Shown: positions 1-8,937 of the stretch, one piece after another | Position numbering within the stretch: the first letter of the stretch is position 1 | How the letters are laid out: each line of letters starts with the position of its first letter | Source: Elusimicrobiales bacterium | Lineage (GTDB): Bacteria > Elusimicrobiota > Elusimicrobia > Elusimicrobiales > UBA9959 | Reading direction: 5' to 3' | NCBI GenBank assembly: GCA_049972095.1 | Contig: JBMFKQ010000006.1 | Span: 1-53,784, forward strand | DNA: 53,784 bases | The notes under the pieces: model-generated | Database searches by the model: none | Told to the model about the DNA's origin: nothing | What the model saw: the letters and a program-made list of their open reading frames with translations, nothing else | Translations under genes and position numbers: made by a program

Positions 1-297
1 GTAGCAGACCTTATAGATAATTATTTCGTACCATCATTTAAGATTAAATCTAAACTTGTAGATGAAAAAGGAAGAGTTATTAAAAGAGAATTTGAGAAAC
101 CGAAAACAGCTTATCAAAGAATAATTGAATCAGAAGATATAAGTGATGATATAAAAGAATGTATGAAAAAAACATTTGAAAGCCTCAATTATATTAAACT
201 TAAGAAAAGGCTTAATGAATTATTAGATGAACTTTTTGATTATAAATTAAATGGAAAGGTCAAACTTAACAAGAAGATATATGAACTTTGCGTATAA
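1..297 (+). CDS. IS transposase (DDE/integrase-core type), 3' fragment, cut by window edge
   Basis: Frame 1 is open from base 1 to TAA at 295-297: VADLIDNYFVPSFKIKSKLVDEKGRVIKREFEKPKTAYQRIIES...LCV. The N-[YF]-F-x-P-S...K-T-[AP]-Y-Q-R pattern resembles C-termini of integrase-domain IS transposases. An IS end follows directly. Confidence 0.75.
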   Translation, partial: VADLIDNYFVPSFKIKSKLVDEKGRVIKREFEKPKTAYQRIIESEDISDDIKECMKKTFESLNYIKLKKRLNELLDELFDYKLNGKVKLNKKIYELCV

Positions 298-365
298 AAA
301 CTTGGAGACAAAATTATTATCCTGTATAATATTATTTCGGAGACATCTATTTTTTATCCAACTCA
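1..365 (+). mobile_element. Right part of an IS with terminal inverted repeat (about 301-365)
   Basis: Reverse complement of 301-365 (TGAGTTGGATAAAAAATAGATGTCTCCGAAA...TGTCTCCAA) matches 53400-53462 (CGCGTTGGACAATAAGTTTTGTCTCCGAAA...TGTCTCCAA). Confidence 0.8.
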
Positions 366-370
366 TTATG

Positions 371-376
371 TATAAT
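371..376 (+). promoter_or_regulatory. -10 box, probable leaderless promoter of the zinc-ribbon/rnhA/rnpB unit
   Basis: TATAAT lies 7 nt before ATG 384, with no Shine-Dalgarno (SD) sequence. Confidence 0.55.
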
Positions 377-383
377 AATAGTT

Positions 384-1136
384 ATGGAATTAACAACACA
401 GGATTTTAAGAAACTAATCCGCCTTCAGGAACTTGAAACACTTATTGTAAATGAGAAAGGGAATATAAAAAAAATAGAAGACAAAATTGTCGAAATAAGC
501 AAGGAGGTGGATCTTTTAGAAGAAAAGATAAAAAAGATGAAGGATGAAATTCAGGCAATGATGGTTCAAAGAAAAAATCTTGAAAATGAGCTTGCTACAT
601 TAGAAGAAAACATCAGAAAATTTAATTCAGAATTAAACCAGACAAAAAAGATGGAGCACTATAATACAATAAACAATCAGTTATCAAGCTTGAAAAAAAG
701 AAAGAATGAAGTTGAAAATGAGATAATAGCACTCATAGACAAAATTGAAATATCTCAGTCAGATTTAAAGAAGACTATTCTTGAGATAGAAAAAATTAAA
801 AAAGAATATCAAATCAAAACATTGGAACTAAACAACCAAAAGAAAAAGATAGAAGAATATATAAAAGAGCTTGAGAAACATAAAGGTGAGGTTAGAAACT
901 CCATATCAGATTCAAAAGCCCTTGCCAAATTCGATGAACTTATTAAATCAAAAAAAAATATAGCAGTTGTACCGGCAAAGACTACTGAAAGAGAAGATAG
1001 AAAAGAGATAATCTACATATGTTATGGATGCAAGATGAAGCTGAATCTTAGTGATGTATCATCACTCAAGAAGTTTAACACTTTCGTAATCTGTCAAAAC
1101 TGCTCAAGGCTTGTGTACTTGGAGGAGAATGTATGA
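384..1136 (+). CDS. Coiled-coil protein with C-terminal C4 zinc ribbon (DUF164/CdsZ-like)
   Basis: Long coiled coil, then CYGC...CQNCSR. Sits in the common zinc-ribbon/rnhA/rnpB arrangement. Confidence 0.85.
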   Translation: MELTTQDFKKLIRLQELETLIVNEKGNIKKIEDKIVEISKEVDLLEEKIKKMKDEIQAMMVQRKNLENELATLEENIRKFNSELNQTKKMEHYNTINNQLSSLKKRKNEVENEIIALIDKIEISQSDLKKTILEIEKIKKEYQIKTLELNNQKKKIEEYIKELEKHKGEVRNSISDSKALAKFDELIKSKKNIAVVPAKTTEREDRKEIIYICYGCKMKLNLSDVSSLKKFNTFVICQNCSRLVYLEENV

Positions 1137-1624
1137 AACACAGATTAGAAAAAAGTAATCTTAATATATATATAGATGGAGCATCAAAAGGAAATCCAGG
1201 TGAAGGTGCATGCGCAGCAATATTTTTAAATGATAAAGGTGAGATAATCTCAGAAGAGGGAAGAGCTCTTGGAATATGCACAAACAATTTCGCAGAATAT
1301 TCGTCGCTTCACCTTGCACTGAGCGTTGCTGCAAGATTTAAAGCAAAAAAACTTACGATTTATTCTGACTCCGAGCTTCTTGTAAAACAGTTTAATGGAG
1401 ACTACTGCATAAAGGATGAAAAACTAAAAGAGCTTATGGAGATAATAAAAAAGGAAGCCTCAAAGTTTGATGAAATAAGCCTTAAATATATACCAAGAGA
1501 GCAGAATAAGATTGCAGACGAATTTGTTAATAAACTCTTAAGATCAAAAAAACTGAGTAGATCAGATAGAAAGAAGCTTCAGAAGGAAAGGGAAAAAAGA
1601 TTTAAACAGGATAAGCTTTTTTGA
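1133..1624 (+). CDS. rnhA: Ribonuclease HI family protein
   Basis: YIDGASKGNPG, TNNFAEY, SDSELLVKQ and IPREQNKIAD motifs. Confidence 0.9.
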   Translation: MKHRLEKSNLNIYIDGASKGNPGEGACAAIFLNDKGEIISEEGRALGICTNNFAEYSSLHLALSVAARFKAKKLTIYSDSELLVKQFNGDYCIKDEKLKELMEIIKKEASKFDEISLKYIPREQNKIADEFVNKLLRSKKLSRSDRKKLQKEREKRFKQDKLF

Positions 1625-1953
1625 AAAAGCTGGACGGGCGATCGCTCTGAGATTATATCAGAGAGGAACCTCCGGACTCCGAAGGGAAACCAGCCATCCG
1701 CAAGGATGGGGATATGTGGCAAAAGCCATATATCACGGAAAGTGTAACAGAAAACATACCGCCTCAACATAAGGTTGAGGTAAGGGTGAAAAGGCGAGGT
1801 AAGAGCTCACCGCCAATGTGGCAACACATTGGCTGACAAACCCCTGGTGGAGCAAGGGCAAGCATGCTCGTTTGACTTGTCCCGAGAAGAGCAAGGTAGC
1901 CCGCATCAGATAAATGATCGCCTAAAACAGAATCCGGGGTATGGTCCAGCCTT
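1625..1953 (+). ncRNA. rnpB: RNase P RNA (type A-like)
   Basis: P1 AAGCTGGAC/GTCCAGC; GAGGAACCTCCGGAC; GGAAAGTGTAACAGAAAA; AGGGTGAAAAGGCGAGGTAAGAGC; AAACCCC...GAGCAAG; AGATAAATGATCGCC; ACAGAATCCGGGGTA. Confidence 0.93.
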
Positions 1954-1969
1954 GAAAGGAGATCTATTT

Positions 1970-2230
1970 ATGGAAAATATGATAAATGAGTTTCCAGAGA
2001 TAAAGAAAACAAAAAATCCATCCGAAATCAACTGGAAAGATTGTGTTGTATGGAATGAAGGTGATGAGTTTTTTTTCATAGACGCAAAAGAGATTCTCTA
2101 TGTTAGCTGGTCATTCGGCACATTATCTATAATACCATCATCTAACTCATTTCTTTCAGATAAACTATCAGCCATACTTATAAACTCAAAGCATATATTT
2201 GTTGGCAAAAACATAAAAATACACAACTAA
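1970..2230 (+). CDS. Small hypothetical protein (86 aa)
   Basis: AAGGAG SD before ATG 1970. The tracked start at 1829 lies inside rnpB. Confidence 0.55.
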   Translation: MENMINEFPEIKKTKNPSEINWKDCVVWNEGDEFFFIDAKEILYVSWSFGTLSIIPSSNSFLSDKLSAILINSKHIFVGKNIKIHN

Positions 2231-2237
2231 AAAGAAA

Positions 2238-3044
2238 TTAACTGATCTGTTTTTTAAAAACCCTTTTTATTACTGATATCATACCACTATGAATTGATGA
2301 ATTTGAAGCAAGTGTTTGTTTACCCCAGTTAAGAATATCGCTGATATCCTTGCCCCATACTCTGCCATCAAAATCTGTAACCATCCCACCAGCCTCTTCA
2401 ACTATTAGTTTTCCACTTGCTACATCCCAGGGTTTAAGATTAAATTCCCAGTATCCATCAAGCCTTCCCACAGCAACATAAGCCATATCAAGGCTTGCTG
2501 CTCCACATCTTCTTATATCATGCGAGTATTTTAAAAATTCAGAATAAAACGAGCAGTAAAACTCAGCTCTTTTAGCTCTATCATAAGCAAAGCCGGTTGC
2601 AAGAAGGGAGTCACAAAGATTTCTAACCTTTGAAACATTTATTCTCTTACCATTAAGCCACGAGCCTTTCCCTTTAACAGCACTAAAAACCTCATCTCTA
2701 CAAGGGTCATAAATAATCCCGCATACAACATCCCCCTCAAAAACAAAAGCAATAGAAACAGAAAAATGTTTGAATGAGTGTAAAAAATTAACTGTTCCAT
2801 CAAGTGGGTCAATAAGCCAAAGACGATCTTTGTTCTTTATTCTACTTACTTTTTCCTCAGAAATAAGAGAATCTGAGGGAAAATTTTCTGCTATTATTGA
2901 TGTTATAATCTGCTGGGATTCAACATCTGCAACAGTAAGAGGATTTGCCCTTCCTTTAAGCTTATAACCAACCTTACCAAAATACTTCATTATTTTATCA
3001 CCAGCTTTTTTAGCCGCTTCAATAGCAATATCCAACTCTTTCAT
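2238..3044 (-). CDS. suhB: Inositol monophosphatase family protein
   Basis: WLIDPLDGTVNF and WEFNLKPWDVASG motifs. Confidence 0.9.
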   Translation of the reverse strand: MKELDIAIEAAKKAGDKIMKYFGKVGYKLKGRANPLTVADVESQQIITSIIAENFPSDSLISEEKVSRIKNKDRLWLIDPLDGTVNFLHSFKHFSVSIAFVFEGDVVCGIIYDPCRDEVFSAVKGKGSWLNGKRINVSKVRNLCDSLLATGFAYDRAKRAEFYCSFYSEFLKYSHDIRRCGAASLDMAYVAVGRLDGYWEFNLKPWDVASGKLIVEEAGGMVTDFDGRVWGKDISDILNWGKQTLASNSSIHSGMISVIKRVFKKQIS

Positions 3045-4786
3045 CTCTTCCCTCCTGAATTGATGTATGAAAGCTCATAAACAAAAAATGGAACAAAAGC
3101 ATTTGGGTTTCTTATCTCCCTTCTAATATAATCTGTCATCTCTCTTCTATAACACTCAATGTTTTTTGAAAGTATGTGTATATCAAAATGAATTCTTTCA
3201 AAATCATAAGGAAGAACACATTTATATTCATATTCATCAACAAAAGCCTTAGGAAATCTATCCCTTCTTACAAGAATCATACTTATTGAATCAAAAAAAA
3301 CAATAGCCCAGTTCTCAAAATCTATACTTTTAAGATAAAAAGGTCTTTCAATAGCATACATCTTCCCTCTATCCATAACTCCTATTATCTCAGTTCTTTT
3401 ATCAACATAGATTGAGTATATAGCATAATCAAAATTGTATTTTCTATAAAAAGTCCTCCAGCTTTCCTTTGAACTCATAGCATTGAGATGCTCTTCAAGA
3501 ATATCAAGGAATATATATCTCCCATCTATAAATATCTTTCTCTTACCATAAAATCTAAAACCAAGATTACCACCTGAACTCCAATCATTATAGATCCTTT
3601 TCCCTTCAAAAAAAGAGGCATTTTTTTCAATAAAAGAAACCGCATAAGGGCTTAAGAAGCTATTTCTGTAAAAAACCCCATCTTTGAAATATAAGCACGA
3701 TCTAACAAGATCTACATAGGCTTCAAAGAAAAAATAAAATGAATAAAAAACAGCAAGAATGAAATATCTGATGTATTTTTTTGATATAAGATCTGAAAAA
3801 CTTTTAACAAAAATCATATGAACAACTATACTACCAAAACCAATAAGTCTCAAGTGCATTAAACTGCTAATCACAAAGAATGTAAGTAAAAAAACATCTG
3901 AAAGTTCATATATACGAGCCTTTATAAACCTTATAAAGTAAGCAAGAATGACCAAAAAAGAGAAAACAAAATAATAAAAAGTTGATATGCTCATAAACAT
4001 ATCAGAATACTGCCATTCAAATATATAATCAGCAATCTTTTTCATATCAACATAATGATAAAAGAAGACTCTAAGGATCTTGTATCCATACGGGTTTATA
4101 AAAATACCCATAGAGAAAAAAACAGCATATTTCAAAAATTTAAAGGTATTTTTAAAATCCTTTCTCTGACCTCTCAAAAACCCGACTATATCATTTAAAA
4201 AAAATGAAAGAAGATAGATAGATACAAGAACCCATCCAAAGATGTAGCCTGCGTGTATATTAACCCATAAAGCAGAAAGAGATAGAAGTAGATAAGCCCT
4301 TTTATAAGAAAAATCTGAATTCTTATATCCTTCAAGCAGAAAAAGAAGGAAGGTAAAAAAAAAGAATGTATAGTTATCAGGTCTTAGATCAAGAGATATT
4401 GCAAATGATAAAAATAATGAGGGCATAAACCAGATAAAGGCAAATGCCTCTAACCTAAGTCTTTTAGCATAAAGCAGATAAAAGCCAAAACATATCAGAA
4501 TCATATTTAAAAATTTAAGGAGACAAAGCGCCCTATATCCATCAAATCTGTATATCAGATAATATACAGCATCAACAATCCATTCAAAGTTTATCCATTC
4601 TCTTTCCGGAGAAAGCCAGCTGAGGAAATCTCTGGATGGGATTCTAAAATTCTCAATAATATATCTTCCATTTGAAAGATGCCAACCAATATCTGGATTA
4701 GCAATTGGAAGTATAAAAAAAGGAGCTGATAGAAGAAAACCTATTGATATAAATATGAAATAATCTTTAAGGTTATATCTTTCCAT
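3041..4786 (-). CDS. Polytopic membrane protein, possible GT-C fold glycosyltransferase
   Basis: About 10 or more hydrophobic segments. First loop has DIGWH...EW; also RP, LWVNIHAGY, INPYG and FIDGR motifs, with a soluble C-terminal domain. Confidence 0.55.
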   Translation of the reverse strand: MERYNLKDYFIFISIGFLLSAPFFILPIANPDIGWHLSNGRYIIENFRIPSRDFLSWLSPEREWINFEWIVDAVYYLIYRFDGYRALCLLKFLNMILICFGFYLLYAKRLRLEAFAFIWFMPSLFLSFAISLDLRPDNYTFFFFTFLLFLLEGYKNSDFSYKRAYLLLSLSALWVNIHAGYIFGWVLVSIYLLSFFLNDIVGFLRGQRKDFKNTFKFLKYAVFFSMGIFINPYGYKILRVFFYHYVDMKKIADYIFEWQYSDMFMSISTFYYFVFSFLVILAYFIRFIKARIYELSDVFLLTFFVISSLMHLRLIGFGSIVVHMIFVKSFSDLISKKYIRYFILAVFYSFYFFFEAYVDLVRSCLYFKDGVFYRNSFLSPYAVSFIEKNASFFEGKRIYNDWSSGGNLGFRFYGKRKIFIDGRYIFLDILEEHLNAMSSKESWRTFYRKYNFDYAIYSIYVDKRTEIIGVMDRGKMYAIERPFYLKSIDFENWAIVFFDSISMILVRRDRFPKAFVDEYEYKCVLPYDFERIHFDIHILSKNIECYRREMTDYIRREIRNPNAFVPFFVYELSYINSGGKR

Positions 4787-4852
4787 GCTTCATGCTATAG
4801 AAACTCTTTGTGTTTTTTTGAGAAAACTTAACCTGCTTAAACAATGTAATAA

Positions 4853-5929
4853 TCAAGGTCTATCCTCAATATGAATCTTAGAATCAACACCAAATATATA
4901 GGATATCAAAGCAGTCCTTACCCACATACCATTTCTCTCCTGTCTCCAGTACATCGCCCTTGGGTCATCATCAACCTCAACACTTATCTCATCCCTTCGG
5001 GGAAGGGGGTGCATTATAATAGCATCCTTTTTTATAATTTCAAGGTGTTTTTTTGTAAATCTGTATTTTGAATAATCAACTCTTTTTGACTCTCCTTCTT
5101 TGTCATGCTCATCTTGAATCCTTGTCATATATATCGCATCTGCCTCTTTTATACCCTCTTCAAAATCCTCGGTTTCATAATATGATATTGAGTTCTCTTT
5201 AAGAAAATCTATCACATCACTTTCCATTCTAAACTCTTTTGGTGATATATATATAAGCTTTACATTAGGATAGTTTTTCATAAGGAAGCTGAGTGATCTC
5301 ACAGTCCTTCCTCTTTTAAGATCACCAACCATTGCAATCGTCTTTCCATCAATCTTTCCTCCAAAGCTTCTGTAAAGTGTATATACATCAAGGAGAGCCT
5401 GCGTTGGATGTTGATCCTTACTTGAGCCAGCATTTATTACAGGGACCGGCCTTTTTGTCTTATTCATTAACCAGGCGGTTTTTTCAACGAAGTTAGGAGT
5501 TGGATGTCTCATTATTATAATATCTACATAGCTTGAAAATGTTCTAACACTGTCTTCAGGACTTTCCCCTTTATACTCAGATGATATTGAAGTATCCCTT
5601 ATCTCAGAAACCTTTATGCCAAGTATATGACATGCGTTAAGAAATGATAGAAATGTCCTTGTTGACGGCTGAACAAAATAGAGCATCGCTCTTTTGTGAA
5701 CAAGAAGCGATTGAGCAAACTCCATTCCTTCTTTTGTCTTTGTTATTCTTCTCAATGTATTTGCAATTCTAAAAAGATATTCCAGACTATCCTTTGTGAA
5801 TTGCTCTGCAAAAAGACAGTCATATATTCTGCCATTTCTTGTAAAATAAGGGATTTTCTCTTCAACACTCATCTTAACAAACTTATTCCAGTCCTTTTCT
5901 ATACTAACCATATCAATAGTTCTTTCCAT
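4853..5929 (-). CDS. pyrB: Aspartate carbamoyltransferase catalytic subunit
   Basis: PSTRT, KGES, HPTQALLD, GDLKRGRTVRSL and MHPLPR motifs; AAGGAGG SD. Confidence 0.93.
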   Translation of the reverse strand: MERTIDMVSIEKDWNKFVKMSVEEKIPYFTRNGRIYDCLFAEQFTKDSLEYLFRIANTLRRITKTKEGMEFAQSLLVHKRAMLYFVQPSTRTFLSFLNACHILGIKVSEIRDTSISSEYKGESPEDSVRTFSSYVDIIIMRHPTPNFVEKTAWLMNKTKRPVPVINAGSSKDQHPTQALLDVYTLYRSFGGKIDGKTIAMVGDLKRGRTVRSLSFLMKNYPNVKLIYISPKEFRMESDVIDFLKENSISYYETEDFEEGIKEADAIYMTRIQDEHDKEGESKRVDYSKYRFTKKHLEIIKKDAIIMHPLPRRDEISVEVDDDPRAMYWRQERNGMWVRTALISYIFGVDSKIHIEDRP

Positions 5930-6017
5930 CACACCTCCTTGGAAAGATATATTTAATATATTCTACAATTTTAAGGGGCTTGTCCCTCTTGGAAAGAAAA
6001 GAATAGATGATATATAT

Positions 6018-7388
6018 TTATCTGTTCCAAACCTCAGTTGTCCAGTTAACAAACTCGTCCCAGTAGGAGTCCTTTGAGAGAGATATATCTGAGTATTTTG
6101 TTTCAAGTATTGAGTCAAATTGTGAAGGCACTGGTTTTATCTTCATCGTCATATTTATAGAGATGCCACCAACAAGAGAGTAATCATAGCCATTTGTTGT
6201 ATCCTTATTTAAGCCAACAGAATTAATGATAAGTTTGTTTTTTATGAAATCCATTAAAAGCATTGAAGCTTTTTTTGTCTCTTCCTTTTTAGCCTTTTCA
6301 CCAACAAGCCGCACGAAATCATACAGATCCACATAGGGTGCTATTTTTTTCTCTTTATCCTTTACAGGATCTGCTATGCTTGTAAACCTTATAACCTTCT
6401 CAACAGCATATTTAACTGCATCCTCCTCATTATTATTTATAACATTTGAAGCAAAATAGTTAAGATACTGAGGAAGATTTTTAAGTTCAGAAGGCTCAAC
6501 AGCAGAAAGGGTTGCAGCTATTGAGTCAAGAGGAATTGTTATTATACCTACATCTATTCCATTTCTGTAAAACTCTTTATACCAGTCTATGAAAAAATCA
6601 GCCATCTGTTTTTTTGAAAAAGACGGATTTGAATCAAGAAATCTAATGAACTTTTCATAATCAAAGCCAAAGGCAAGCATTGTTTCTTCTGAACCTATTA
6701 TAAGAGATGTATAATCCTTTATCTCATAATCAACCTCAGCCATCTGCATAAGACATGCATTGAAAACAACAACATCAACATAACCCATCCTCTTAAACAT
6801 CTCTGACATCTGTCTTGTTCTCACATAATTTTTCGTCTCATCATCAAAAAGTATTCCTTTAGATGATGTCCCAGTGCCTTGTGTATGCTGAGAGAGAGCA
6901 GGATCTATCCATCCAAGCCCGTGATTCCAAAGAACAAGCACATATCTTTTAGCAGGAAACTTTGTCTTTGCCCATCTTACAAAATCAACAACCCTTTCAT
7001 AGCTTCCCATATCAGCATTTCTATCCTCCATCATCACCTCTTCACCTGAAGAAAAAGCAGTTTTCTTAACTATTCTCATCCTCCTGGAAGCTTTATTCTT
7101 CTCTCCAACCTCAACAATAACATTGACTCTATCAGTGCTTCCAACCTTCTTCATCTCATCTATATCCTTCTTCGCCCATTCCCCCACAAGCCCAAAAAGA
7201 TGTGATTCAGAAAGATTATTCTTTGCATTCATAAAAACCATAAGGGTGATATCTTTCAAATCAGTCTTAAGACCTCTACTCTCAACAGAAGGAATCTCTG
7301 TATCTTTAAACTCAAAAGTAGAAGGATTGTCAAAATCAAAAGCCGCATTCAACAGAACACTTATAATCATCGTTACAGCAAAACTCAT
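6018..7388 (-). CDS. Secreted clostripain-family (C11) cysteine peptidase, paralogue 1
   Basis: Signal peptide; LVLWNHGLGW (catalytic His) and FNACLM (catalytic Cys); GSEE. Confidence 0.85.
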   Translation of the reverse strand: MSFAVTMIISVLLNAAFDFDNPSTFEFKDTEIPSVESRGLKTDLKDITLMVFMNAKNNLSESHLFGLVGEWAKKDIDEMKKVGSTDRVNVIVEVGEKNKASRRMRIVKKTAFSSGEEVMMEDRNADMGSYERVVDFVRWAKTKFPAKRYVLVLWNHGLGWIDPALSQHTQGTGTSSKGILFDDETKNYVRTRQMSEMFKRMGYVDVVVFNACLMQMAEVDYEIKDYTSLIIGSEETMLAFGFDYEKFIRFLDSNPSFSKKQMADFFIDWYKEFYRNGIDVGIITIPLDSIAATLSAVEPSELKNLPQYLNYFASNVINNNEEDAVKYAVEKVIRFTSIADPVKDKEKKIAPYVDLYDFVRLVGEKAKKEETKKASMLLMDFIKNKLIINSVGLNKDTTNGYDYSLVGGISINMTMKIKPVPSQFDSILETKYSDISLSKDSYWDEFVNWTTEVWNR

Positions 7389-7450
7389 ATGCCCTCCTTT
7401 TATTAAATTTTACACAAAATATAAATTAAAACATCAGACTTTCTTACCGA

Positions 7451-7496
7451 ACATAGCAAGAAAAAAGTCCTAACTGAAAATAGAACTTATGACCTA
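7451..7496 (-). promoter_or_regulatory. Imperfect palindromic box upstream of clostripain paralogue 1
   Basis: Minus strand reads TAGGTCATAAGTTCTA-N20-CTTGCTATGT, with the same spacing as 36883-36928. Confidence 0.45.
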
Positions 7497-8933
7497 CTAC
7501 TCTTCAATACCATGCTCTCGTAGAAATTTTCTTATCTTAGAGCGAGCCGTTTGGGATCTTGCAAATCTAAGCCAGTCCTTGTTTGGCTGAGCATTTTTCC
7601 TTGTTATTATCTCACATATATCCCCACTTTTAAGCTGATAATCCAACGAGACTATCTTGGAGTTGACCTTTGCTCCTGCACAGTGGTTACCTATGTCAGT
7701 ATGTATATGATAGGCGAAATCGATAGGAGTTGAACCTTTTGGAAGAGCCTTAACATCCCCCCTCGGAGTGAAAACAAATATCTCCTCGACATCAAGCTCT
7801 GTTTTAAAAACCTCCATAAACTCCCTTGGACTTTCTACATCACTCATCCACTCAAGCCAGTGTCTTGCCCAGTTAAGCTGCTCGTTCAAACTTTTATCAA
7901 ATGCATTACCATGCTTATACCTCCAGTGGGCAGCTATGCCATACTCTGCAACACTGTGCATATCCTCAGTTCTTATTTGTATCTCTATAATTTCCCCTCT
8001 TTTTGAAACAACTGTTGTGTGTATGCTTTGATAGAGGTTTGGCTTTGGCATTGCTATGTAGTCAGTAAAGCTGCCGGCAACCGGCTTGAAGCTTGAGTGT
8101 ATAAGCCCCATTATAGCATAGCAGTTAAAGACTGTATCTGTTATTATCCTTATACCCAAAGTGTCTTCTATCTCATCGAAACTTTTGTTTTGTCTTTGCA
8201 TCTTTCTGAATATGGAATAGAGATTTTTTGCCCTTCCAAGTATTCTATATTCTATACCAGATTTTTTGAGAATCTCATCAATCTCTCTCTTAAAATCTTC
8301 GATTATCTGACTTCTCTCTCTAAATCTCTCTTCAACCTTTCTTCTAATCTCTTCATATTCATTAGGATAAAGATATTTGAACGAAAGATCCTCAAGCTCA
8401 TTTTTAAACTGAAATATACCAAGCCTATGAGCTATTGGAGCATAAAGGGTAAGTGTCTCAGATGCTACATCCTTTTGTTTATCACAAGGCAAGTACTCAA
8501 GGGTTCTCATATTATGAAGTCGGTCAGCAAGCTTTATTATTATAACACGTATATCCTTTGCCATTGCTATTATCATCTTTCTCCAATTTTCAGCCTGTTC
8601 CTCATCCGGTGATGAGAATCTAAAACCCTCCATTTTTGTAACACCCTCAACAAGGTTAAAAATCTCCTCTCCAAACTCTTTCTTAAGCTCATCTCTCCTA
8701 ACAGCTGTATCCTCAAGAACATCATGAAGAAGCCCGGCTGCAACAGTGTTTGAATCCATCTTCAAATCACACAGGAGTAGTGCAACCTCATAAACATGTG
8801 TAAAATAAAGATCCCCGCTTGCCCTTTTTTGTTCACCATGAGCTTTCTTCGCAAAATCATATGCAAGCTCTATAATGGTTGTGTCGGCTTGTGAGTATGA
8901 TGAAAACTTTGAAATAAGTTTTTCAACTTCCAT
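7497..8933 (-). CDS. rel: RelA/SpoT (p)ppGpp synthetase/hydrolase, HD-SYNTH-TGS only
   Basis: LLHDVLED, KLADRLHNMRTL, YQSIHT, EIQIRT, GIAAHWRYK and TGS FVFTP...DFAYHIHT. Start moved to ATG 8933 to avoid overlapping msbA. Confidence 0.9.
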   Translation of the reverse strand: MEVEKLISKFSSYSQADTTIIELAYDFAKKAHGEQKRASGDLYFTHVYEVALLLCDLKMDSNTVAAGLLHDVLEDTAVRRDELKKEFGEEIFNLVEGVTKMEGFRFSSPDEEQAENWRKMIIAMAKDIRVIIIKLADRLHNMRTLEYLPCDKQKDVASETLTLYAPIAHRLGIFQFKNELEDLSFKYLYPNEYEEIRRKVEERFRERSQIIEDFKREIDEILKKSGIEYRILGRAKNLYSIFRKMQRQNKSFDEIEDTLGIRIITDTVFNCYAIMGLIHSSFKPVAGSFTDYIAMPKPNLYQSIHTTVVSKRGEIIEIQIRTEDMHSVAEYGIAAHWRYKHGNAFDKSLNEQLNWARHWLEWMSDVESPREFMEVFKTELDVEEIFVFTPRGDVKALPKGSTPIDFAYHIHTDIGNHCAGAKVNSKIVSLDYQLKSGDICEIITRKNAQPNKDWLRFARSQTARSKIRKFLREHGIEE

Positions 8934-8937
8934 AGTT

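Noticed and set aside
1829..1969. N-terminal 47 codons of tracked ORF 1829..2230, and ORF 1579..1770 (-)
   Set aside because: Both lie within rnpB. The real start is probably ATG 1970, which has an SD.
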